A stretch of 44,548 nt of DNA, taken from the NCBI GenBank assembly GCA_031364845.1, contig JANLWX010000228.1, forward strand, positions 1-44,548. Direction: 5' to 3'. Under the pieces are notes generated by a model. That model did no database searches and had not been told where the DNA came from. It saw only the letters and a list, made by a program, of their open reading frames with translations. The stretch comes from Candidatus Eiseniibacteriota bacterium (GTDB lineage Bacteria; Eisenbacteria; RBG-16-71-46). Of the stretch, positions 1 through 7,476 are shown piece after piece (the stretch's first letter is position 1; the number at the start of each line of letters is the position of its first letter). A program made the position numbers and the translations under genes.

Positions 1-61
1 CATCCCCGTTGCTTGGGCCGACTGCATGCCTGCATTCAGAAAAAAAAGAGGGCCACCGGTG

Positions 62-688
62 TCAGGTCGAAAGCCGGCCGATTGGCTGTGGCAGACTGCT
101 CGCAATCCGTACAATTTCGCGTGCGATGTCTTCGGGCGAGAGAACAAAATCGATGCATCCGCTGGCGATCGCGCTCGCGGGCATGTCGGGCTGGCCCGCC
201 GTCTCGAGTTTCTGCGCGATGGTAATTCCGCCGACCTCTTTGATGCCGCACAGTGCATCTGCGCCGTCGCCATCATAGCCGGAGACAATGACGGCAATCA
301 ATTTTCCATTCCAGTTCTCGGTTAGTGACCGCAGGAAGACCGTGATCACGTCAGGCCAACCGCGCGGCTTTGAAATCGGCTCGAGGCGGAACTGGCCATC
401 CTGCACGTGGAGATCCCGTTGAGGAGGGATGATGAACACGTGGTTAGGGCGCAGCTCCAACCCTTCGGTGATCAACTGAACCGGCATCAGTGTAATGCGT
501 GGCAGGATTTCGTGCAACCGGGTGTCGACGGTTCGGAGATGATTGACGATGACGATCGCAACACCCATGTCGGCCGGAAGATGCTTTAGCAAACAGATAT
601 AGGCATCGAGGCCGCCGGCTGAACCGCCGACACAGACGACAGGAAAGTCCTTGGCTACGTTCTTGACGCTCAATGGCAAGCACTCCAC
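62..688 (-). CDS. cheB: Stand-alone CheB-type methylesterase domain protein (no receiver domain)
   Basis: 208-aa ORF with the CheB catalytic triad context: VGGSAGG (Ser), IVNHL (His), SGYDGDG (Asp), plus GGITIAQ and DMPASAI. The start is uncertain (GTG 688, or TTG 679/673 after AAGGTGGAG). Confidence 0.85.
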   Translation of the reverse strand: MECLPLSVKNVAKDFPVVCVGGSAGGLDAYICLLKHLPADMGVAIVIVNHLRTVDTRLHEILPRITLMPVQLITEGLELRPNHVFIIPPQRDLHVQDGQFRLEPISKPRGWPDVITVFLRSLTENWNGKLIAVIVSGYDGDGADALCGIKEVGGITIAQKLETAGQPDMPASAIASGCIDFVLSPEDIAREIVRIASSLPQPIGRLST

Positions 689-767
689 CTTGGATGGTTC
701 ATCAATCCCAACATGGGAACACCTTCGTCAAGCATCATGAGGGTCGGGACGGGCGGGTGACGACGAC

Positions 768-1916
768 TCATTCGGGTCGATCGCCTGAGGACGCGCGGGT
801 CGGCGTGATCGCCACCTTGAGCACGCCGTCGCGCTGATTCGCGAACAACTCATACGCCTGCTCGATCTGGTCGAGTGCGAAGCGGTGCGTGACCATCGGC
901 CGCAGATCGACGCGCCCCGACGCCACCACGTTCATCAGGCGGCGCATGCGCTCCTTCCCGCCGGGGCACAGCGTAGTGACGATGGTGTGATCGCCGAGAC
1001 CGGCGGCGAACGCATCGAGTGGAAGCGTGAGCTTGCCCGAGTAAACACCGAGGCTCGACAGCACTCCGCCCGGCCGGATCACGCGCAGGCAGCTCTCGAA
1101 GGTCTCTGGTGTTCCGAGCGCCTCGATGGCCACGTCCACGCCTCGTCCGGCGGTCTCGTCGAGGATCGCCTGCACCGGATCGCGCTCCTTGAAGTTGATC
1201 GCCACGTCCGCTCCGAAGTGGAGCGACATCGCCAGCCGGCCGGCCGACCCGTCCACGACGAAGATGCGCGTGGCGCCCGCCAGGCGCGCACCCACCATCG
1301 CGCACAGCCCGATCGGGCCCTGCGCGAACACGGCCACGGTGTCACCGATGCGCACGTGCGCGCTCTCGGCGCCACCGAAGCCGGTGCTCATGATGTCCGG
1401 GCACATGAGCACCTGTTCGTCGCTGAGGTGATCGGGGATCGGCGCCAGGTTCGCCATCGCATCGGGGATGAGCACGTACTCGGCCTGGCAGCCGTCGATC
1501 GTGTTGCCGAGCCGCCAGCCACCCATCGCCTTGCCACCGCATTGCGATGAACTGCCGCCGAGGCAGGTCCAGCACTGGCCACACGGCGTGATGGCCCCGG
1601 AAATCACGCGCTGCCCGACGACGTAACCACTCACCGCCTCGCCGAGCTGTTCGATAACACCCACGGGCTCGTGCCCGATCGTGAGCCCGCGCGCCACGGG
1701 ATACTCACCCTTCAGGATGTGCACGTCGGTCCCGCAGATCGTCGTGGTGGTCACTCGAACGAGTGCGTCGCGGGGACCCACTTCGGGGACCGGCTTCTCT
1801 TCGAGCACGATGCGACCCGGCTCCGCGAAGACGGCGGCCTTCATGGTGCGAGGTAGTTGCTGGGGCTGCTCTGGCATGAAGGCGGTCGATTGCGGGCTGA
1901 TGGGCGCGACGGTCAT
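768..1916 (-). CDS. Zn-dependent NAD(P)-dependent alcohol dehydrogenase (MDR superfamily)
   Basis: ICGTDVH and GHEPVG catalytic Zn motifs, CGQCWTCLGGSSSQC structural Zn motif, CPDIMSTGF, and AQGPIG Rossmann motif. Start moved to ATG 1916, which follows a GAGGAG SD at 1925-1930; 382 aa. Confidence 0.93.
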   Translation of the reverse strand: MTVAPISPQSTAFMPEQPQQLPRTMKAAVFAEPGRIVLEEKPVPEVGPRDALVRVTTTTICGTDVHILKGEYPVARGLTIGHEPVGVIEQLGEAVSGYVVGQRVISGAITPCGQCWTCLGGSSSQCGGKAMGGWRLGNTIDGCQAEYVLIPDAMANLAPIPDHLSDEQVLMCPDIMSTGFGGAESAHVRIGDTVAVFAQGPIGLCAMVGARLAGATRIFVVDGSAGRLAMSLHFGADVAINFKERDPVQAILDETAGRGVDVAIEALGTPETFESCLRVIRPGGVLSSLGVYSGKLTLPLDAFAAGLGDHTIVTTLCPGGKERMRRLMNVVASGRVDLRPMVTHRFALDQIEQAYELFANQRDGVLKVAITPTRASSGDRPE

Positions 1917-1972
1917 TTCGCTGTCTCCTCGGAAGTGCCGATTCGCTTCGATGGAACCGCTTCCTAACGGAG

Positions 1973-1988
1973 AGCCAGAGTCGTGCCA
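1973..1988 (-). promoter_or_regulatory. Putative sigma54 (-24/-12) promoter for the ADH gene
   Basis: Minus strand reads TGGCACG-ACTC-TGGCT, i.e. GG-N10-GC with one mismatch to TGGCACG-N4-TTGCW, about 57 nt upstream of the ATG. Confidence 0.55.
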
Positions 1989-2163
1989 CGCGGCGAGGTT
2001 CACGGGAACGCAGCGCAGGCCCTGAAACCGGTCGGAGCCGTCCGAGCTGCTGCGGGCCCGACGTGCGCGGGCCCGGCCATCCTTGTAGGAAGTGGCTGCG
2101 GGCGGAAGAGAATACAACCGGGAGTACTTGTGGGCGCTGCTGCCAGCGCAGCGGGGCAGCGAG

Positions 2164-2250
2164 TCAGTGGCCCGCTACCCGCAGAGACAGCCAAGCGCCA
2201 TCCGTTACCTTGCCGGGCTTGCAGTACATGATGTCTCGGATGAGTAGCAT
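2164..2250 (-). pseudogene. Truncated 28-aa ORF MLLIRDIMYCKPGKVTDGAWLSLRVAGH; probable 5' remnant of a NIPSNAP/Dabb-like gene
   Basis: AGGAG SD at 2256-2260 and ATG at 2250. The first 15 residues resemble, from recollection, the N-terminus of small NIPSNAP-like proteins; the similarity then ends and TGA occurs at 2164-2166. Confidence 0.4.
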
Positions 2251-2397
2251 GATGGCTCCTTGCGTTTCATAATCGGTTTGAGCACCACCAATCGCAACGC
2301 CCACAGAAACAGCACCGCCGCCAGTGCGCTGAAACTATCCGGCGTGCACATGAACTTGAAGGGGTTTTCTTCTCTCGTGCCGCGTCCGGAGTTTCCC

Positions 2398-2916
2398 ATG
2401 TGGCGACTGATCTCGTTCCTCGCGGTTCTGACGTTCGCGTGCGCTCCACGTCCGACTCCGGCCCCACCTCCCGCTGCCGCAATCACGACCGACCTCACCC
2501 GCTACGTCCTTCGGCCCGCTGTTTACGGACACGTCGCATCCATCGTCGCGCGCTTCACGGCTCCGGCGGATACGGCGGTCTTCATCCTCCATTGCAACGG
2601 AGCGATCTCGTGGGGTCTCCAGCGGCTCGTCGACGGTCGGTGGGAGAATGCGTGGGTCGCGACCACCAACGGTTGCCTCTCGGCGCCGATCCAAGTGACG
2701 GGCGGCGGCACGTACGCGGACACGCTGGAGCTGATCTCGCGGACGGACATGCCTCCGAACCCGGGAACCGTGCAGGCTGAAGTTCCACCCGGCACCTACC
2801 GTGTCGTCTGGTTCGGTGTGCTGACCGCGTTCGATCTCGACGCGCGACCGTTCGGCGACGAACTCGGGCTCGAACATCGCGTCTCGGCACCGATCGTGAT
2901 CGAGCGGGCGCCATGA
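2398..2916 (+). CDS. Hypothetical lipoprotein, small beta-rich (Ig-like) domain
   Basis: GGAG SD at 2388-2391 and ATG at 2398. Signal peptide MWRLISFLAVLTFA-C with lipobox-like Cys, Pro-rich linker, two further Cys and a PPGTYRVV strand; 172 aa. Confidence 0.7.
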   Translation: MWRLISFLAVLTFACAPRPTPAPPPAAAITTDLTRYVLRPAVYGHVASIVARFTAPADTAVFILHCNGAISWGLQRLVDGRWENAWVATTNGCLSAPIQVTGGGTYADTLELISRTDMPPNPGTVQAEVPPGTYRVVWFGVLTAFDLDARPFGDELGLEHRVSAPIVIERAP

Positions 2917-3126
2917 TCGGAAACCACAAACCGCGTTTGGTGTCCGTCCCGGCCGCTGTGTAACCGGCACGCGAAGCATACGGGCTCAGGGATCCACCTT
3001 CTCTGTCGGCCGCGAATGCACGCATCTTTGCACCGCGGTGGCGTCCGGTTTCGATGGACACGATCGACCGGCTGGGCGACGCGAAGCGCACGCGATGGTG
3101 GCGGGGTTCCTCGACGGCCGCTCTGC

Positions 3127-3933
3127 TCACTCCGCCAGGAACGCGACTTTCGCCAGCCCCAGCTCGATCTCGTCCCCGTGCCGCAGCCTTACGCCGCGCA
3201 CTGCGCCGCGCGCCACCGCAATCGAACGCCCGTCGCGTGCGATGCGCGTGCCGTGAGCACTACCGTCATCGAACACGCGGAACCCGTCGCCGGCGAAGTA
3301 CTCGATATGCGCATGCGCGCGCGACACGGTCGCGTTCACGGGATCCTCGCGGTCGAGGAACGCGACGTGATTGCGGCGCAGCTTGTGAGCGCCACGGCCT
3401 TCGACGCTTTCCATGCGTCCGAGATTGATGCGCTCGAGCCGCAGCTCGTGAATGCGGCGCCTGGCACCACCGGCCAGCACCATGATGCGAACGGTCGGAA
3501 CCGCGGTTGCGGCGCGCTCGGTCGCGGCGGCAGCATCGGTGCGCTTCTCTCCCGCCGGCCTGCGAAACGCGATCGCATACGGGCTCACGTCTTCGCTCGT
3601 GCGCGGACGCACGCGCACGCGCACGCCGAGCTCCTCCGGCGTTTCGCAGCGCACCTGACGCAGGCGTTCGCGCACGCGCTCTTCGAATGCGCCGGCGCCG
3701 AACACCGCGCGCGCGGCTTCGAGCGTCGCGGGCTCGACGCGCAATTCCACGCGGATCAGCTCGTACGGAAACACGCGCCCGCGCCCGCCCGAGGGCACGA
3801 CGCGCTGCTCGATTTCGTCCAGCATCGGCGGGATCCACTCGAACGGTTCCTCGGGCGCGACTTTGCGGCGCGTGAGCCGGTCGAGTTTTCCTTCGAGCGC
3901 CTTCTCCAGTTTGACCAGCTTGTCGAGCTTCAT
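3127..3933 (-). CDS. FhaA-like protein: N-terminal DUF3662/FhaA_N-like domain plus C-terminal FHA domain
   Basis: ATG 3933 after GAGGG. N-terminal ...GGRGRVFPYELIRVEL...; FHA motifs NLGR, VSRAH, GSAHGT, GDEIELG; 268 aa. Last gene of the operon. Confidence 0.85.
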   Translation of the reverse strand: MKLDKLVKLEKALEGKLDRLTRRKVAPEEPFEWIPPMLDEIEQRVVPSGGRGRVFPYELIRVELRVEPATLEAARAVFGAGAFEERVRERLRQVRCETPEELGVRVRVRPRTSEDVSPYAIAFRRPAGEKRTDAAAATERAATAVPTVRIMVLAGGARRRIHELRLERINLGRMESVEGRGAHKLRRNHVAFLDREDPVNATVSRAHAHIEYFAGDGFRVFDDGSAHGTRIARDGRSIAVARGAVRGVRLRHGDEIELGLAKVAFLAE

Positions 3934-3944
3934 GTCGCCCTCGT

Positions 3945-6900
3945 TCAGATAATGCCGAGCTTGCGGGCCTCGGCGACGATGCGTCCGGCGAGTTCGGCGG
4001 CGCGTCCGCCGCCGTAACCACCGTTTTCGATCAGAACGGAAAAGGCGATCCGTCGCCCGTGTGCATTCGATCCGTCGTTCGTCGCAGCCGATGCGACCGG
4101 TCCGTAGGGCGCGTAGCCGATGAACCACGCGTGCGAAGCGCCGTTCGCGATCTCGGCAGTGCCGGTCTTGCCGGCGATCGCGGGCACGACCGTCGCGAGA
4201 CGGCGCGCGGTGCCATGCTCGACGACGCGGCGCATCATGCGCGCGACGGCCGCAGCGGTGCCGCTGCTGATCACGACCGTGTCGGCCGCGGCACTCGCGG
4301 GCTTCAGCACCACGTGCGGCGAGCGCAGGGTTCCTCCGGCGGCGATCGTGGCGGCGACGCGCGCCATCGTGAGCGGCGTGGCGACCACCTGCGCCTGGCC
4401 GTAGGCGCCTTCGATCGCGTTCGCGCAGCGGCCGGCATCGCTCTTGGGATCGCCCATCGAGATGTCGAAGCTACGTCCCATGTCGCGCAGCGCAGGCCAG
4501 CCGAGTGCTCGTCCGAGTTGCGCGTAGTACGCATTGCACGAGACCGCCATCGCCTCCTCCATGCCGATCGAGCCGTGCGCGTCGTGTCCGGCGTCGTCGC
4601 GAACGAGCCGGCCTTCGATCACACTGCCCGCGCGGCCTCCCGGCAACGGGCGGCAGCTGAAGCGAGTGCCCGCGAGTTCGGCATCGGACGTGAGCGCGGC
4701 GGCTGCAGTCACGATCTTGAACGTCGAACCGGGCGGATAGAGTCCGAATCTCGCGCGATCCATCAACGGGCTCGCGGCGGCATCGGTGGCGTTCTCGGCG
4801 ACGTCGCTGTCGCGCAACAGGCCTTCGGGTGCGGGCTGGCTCACCGAAGCGAGCACCTCGCCGTTCTGCGCATCGAGCACCACGATCGATCCGCGATCGA
4901 GTCCCGCCGCCGCGAGTTGTTCGCGCAGCAGCGAAGTGAGGCGCGACTGCAGGCGCAGGTCGATCGTGAGCGTGAGGTCGCGATCGCGATTGACGAGCGC
5001 GCGCACTTTCGGATGCCGTGGCTGATGGCGATGCCGCCACAGCGGGACCAACTCGCTCAGGTCGCGGCGCACGACGCGCCGGGGTTCGTGGGTGCGCGGG
5101 TCCGTGATCGTCACCGCACGCGCGTGGTCGTCGTAGCCGCTCATGTAGGCATCGTGGCTGCGCTCGACATACGCGGTGTTGGAGGCGCCCCAGTTCTTGC
5201 GGCTCACGACATCGCCGAGCAAATGGAACGTGACGTTGCCGAACGGATAGTGCCGCTCATCCGTCGCGAGCGAGGTGCGATCGATGTCGACGCCGAGCTT
5301 CTTCAGCGCATCGCGGCGATCGGTGAGATCCTTCCAGCGGCTGGTGGCGAGCAGCACGCCGTTACGATCGAACACGTTCCCGCGCGGCACGGCGGCCGCG
5401 GCGAGCCGCAGCCGGGGGTTGTACTGGTAGCGATGCTGGCCGTCGCCCTGCAGTGCCAGGCTCCCGCGCGCGAACGTCGCGTCGGCGCGCACGACCTGGA
5501 TCCACGCGAGCTTCAACACGATCGCGACTCCGAATACGCCGATCACAGCGAGCAGGATGCCGCGCGGAGGATCGAACGCGAGGCCGAGCGCGGTCGGCGG
5601 CGGTGCTGCCGGAGCCGAGGCGCTGCGGAGTCCGGCGAGTGCCAGCCTCGCGGGCGCCTTCGTCTCACCGAGTGCGGCCGCGCCGCTCGCGGCGAGCGAC
5701 CACAGGATGCCGAGCGTGGCGAAGTGCAGGATCTGGGCGGAGCGCCCGAAACTCAGGAACGGCGTGACGACGCCCGACAAAGGCACGATGCCCGCAACCC
5801 CGCCCGCGATCAAGAGCGTTTGAAGTGCCAAACCCAGCGTGAGCCCGAGTCCCAGATACATCGTGTACGCCTCGGGAGCGCGGCGTGCGATGCGGAACCC
5901 GCGCGCGATCAGCAGCGCGAACAACGCGAAGCACGCGAGCAATCCGATGAAGCCCAGCTCCTCGCCCACCGATGCGAGGATGAGATCGGTGTGCGCGGCC
6001 GGGACGACCGACGGCGCTCCCAGCCCGAGCCCGGTGCCCGAGAGACCGCCCGAAGCGAACGCCCACAGTCCGTGTGCGATCTGATCGCCGCGCGAGAGTC
6101 CGTTTTCCCACGGATCGAGCCACATCGCGGTGCGCAGGCTCACGGTGCGCGGGAAGCCCAGGACGTAGCTGACGACGAACGCGCCGAACACCACGGCGAG
6201 GCCGCCGAGAGCGAGACCGACCTCGCGGCGGGTCACCGCATAGAGCGAGAGGAACAGTCCGAGCAGCAGCAGCGCGGGCCCGAGATCACGCTGGACGAAG
6301 AAGAACAGCACGCTCAGCGCGACGCCGATCGCGACCGGCAGCACGTGATGGAGCCGCGGCAGTTTGAGCAGCTTGAGATACCACGCGTCGCCGAGCGGAC
6401 GTTCGTCGAGCTCGCGTAGCAGCGCCCATTTGCTCGAGAAGTAGCCGGCAAGGAACAGCACGAGCAGCAGCCGGATCAATTCCATCGGCTGGGTGCCGAA
6501 CAAGTTGACCTTGGCATCGCTGCCCGAAGGACCGCGGCCGAGCACGACCAGCGCCAGCGACAGTGCCAGCGCTCCGAGCAACGGCACGAACGCGAGCCGG
6601 CGCAGCACGGTGCGCTCGTACGAAGGAATCGCGCACAGCACCATTGCCACGCCGCCAAACAGCACGCCCTCGGCGAAGCGCGTGAACAGCAGTTGATCGC
6701 GCAGTGGCTCGCGCAGGCTCACGAGCATCGCGAAACCGATTCCGCTGAGCGCGAGGGCGACCGGCACCAGCCAGCGGTCGCCGGATTTGCCGGTGGCGTG
6801 GAGCCCGAAGTGCATGAAGCCGAATGCGGCGACGAAGATCAGGACGTGGAGCATGAAGGAGCCGGCGAAGCGGCCGCCATCGCGCACGACCAGACTCGGC

Positions 6901-7472
6901 TTGAGCGCCTGGAACTGCTCGGAAGTGAAGAGTCCGATCATCACGGGTGCTGCGGACGGTTTTGCGGCGGCGTCCTTTGACGCGGCGGGGGCCTTCGCAT
7001 CTCCGCGCGCGGCGGCAGTGGCGAGCGCCGTTGCACCTCGTGCGCTGATACCCGGCAGATCCGCGCGCCCAGCGACGGCGTCCGCGCGCACGCGCATCGT
7101 GGCGAGCGCACCGACGTTTTCGAGCGGCCGCTCGGCGCCGCCCGCCGGCAGGCGCTTGAACATCTCGCTTGCGACGAACGCGCGCTCCGGCGCATCGGGC
7201 AGCACACCGCGCAGAATTGACTCCAGCGGGGCCGCGCTGCGCACCGAGTTCAGGTTGACCATCTCGCCACGCGCCAGCGCGAGACGCACGTTGCCGAAAC
7301 CTGCGCTGCGCGTCGGATACACCATCGCCAGCGCGAGCAGCGCGACACCAAGCGCGAGCCCGAGCGGCACCAGATGATCGCGCTCGAGCGCCGAGCGCCA
7401 TGAGCGGCCGCGGCGGCGCTGTGCGGCCGTGCTCCGCGTGGTTCTGCCGCGCGCCTCGAGCACTGCGCTCAT
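3945..7472 (-). CDS. SEDS glycosyltransferase (RodA/FtsW family) fused to a class B penicillin-binding transpeptidase
   Basis: SEDS motifs QPMELIR, QRDLGPA, PAAHTDLILASVGEELG and VPLSGVVTPFLSFG across many TM helices. Then a bPBP anchor (LKLAWIQVV), the RGNVFDRNG pedestal, and transpeptidase motifs STFK (SxxK), SCN (SxN), KTG. ATG 7472; 1175 aa. Confidence 0.93.
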   Translation of the reverse strand: MSAVLEARGRTTRSTAAQRRRGRSWRSALERDHLVPLGLALGVALLALAMVYPTRSAGFGNVRLALARGEMVNLNSVRSAAPLESILRGVLPDAPERAFVASEMFKRLPAGGAERPLENVGALATMRVRADAVAGRADLPGISARGATALATAAARGDAKAPAASKDAAAKPSAAPVMIGLFTSEQFQALKPSLVVRDGGRFAGSFMLHVLIFVAAFGFMHFGLHATGKSGDRWLVPVALALSGIGFAMLVSLREPLRDQLLFTRFAEGVLFGGVAMVLCAIPSYERTVLRRLAFVPLLGALALSLALVVLGRGPSGSDAKVNLFGTQPMELIRLLLVLFLAGYFSSKWALLRELDERPLGDAWYLKLLKLPRLHHVLPVAIGVALSVLFFFVQRDLGPALLLLGLFLSLYAVTRREVGLALGGLAVVFGAFVVSYVLGFPRTVSLRTAMWLDPWENGLSRGDQIAHGLWAFASGGLSGTGLGLGAPSVVPAAHTDLILASVGEELGFIGLLACFALFALLIARGFRIARRAPEAYTMYLGLGLTLGLALQTLLIAGGVAGIVPLSGVVTPFLSFGRSAQILHFATLGILWSLAASGAAALGETKAPARLALAGLRSASAPAAPPPTALGLAFDPPRGILLAVIGVFGVAIVLKLAWIQVVRADATFARGSLALQGDGQHRYQYNPRLRLAAAAVPRGNVFDRNGVLLATSRWKDLTDRRDALKKLGVDIDRTSLATDERHYPFGNVTFHLLGDVVSRKNWGASNTAYVERSHDAYMSGYDDHARAVTITDPRTHEPRRVVRRDLSELVPLWRHRHQPRHPKVRALVNRDRDLTLTIDLRLQSRLTSLLREQLAAAGLDRGSIVVLDAQNGEVLASVSQPAPEGLLRDSDVAENATDAAASPLMDRARFGLYPPGSTFKIVTAAAALTSDAELAGTRFSCRPLPGGRAGSVIEGRLVRDDAGHDAHGSIGMEEAMAVSCNAYYAQLGRALGWPALRDMGRSFDISMGDPKSDAGRCANAIEGAYGQAQVVATPLTMARVAATIAAGGTLRSPHVVLKPASAAADTVVISSGTAAAVARMMRRVVEHGTARRLATVVPAIAGKTGTAEIANGASHAWFIGYAPYGPVASAATNDGSNAHGRRIAFSVLIENGGYGGGRAAELAGRIVAEARKLGII

Positions 7473-7476
7473 CGGA

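Noticed and set aside
40..61. A8 run after the cheB stop as a minus-strand intrinsic terminator
   Set aside because: A U-tract is present but no convincing adjacent stem.
1960..2210. CCTAAC / CAAC / CGTTAC motifs as integron attC sites
   Set aside because: No properly paired R and L boxes, no cassette array and no integrase in the window.
2352..2378. GAACTT...CGT as an ECF sigma promoter for the lipoprotein
   Set aside because: Spacing is longer than typical and the -10 match is weak.
2582..3130. 182-aa minus-strand ORF coupled (GTGA) to the FHA gene stop
   Set aside because: Arg-rich with no motifs, and it overlaps the better supported lipoprotein on the opposite strand.
4059..6419. 786-aa plus-strand ORF and other long alternative-frame ORFs (e.g. 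19410-21626, 34617-36104, 40050-42152)
   Set aside because: Shadow ORFs of GC-rich coding DNA: Arg/Ala-rich, no domain motifs, and fully overlapping well supported genes.
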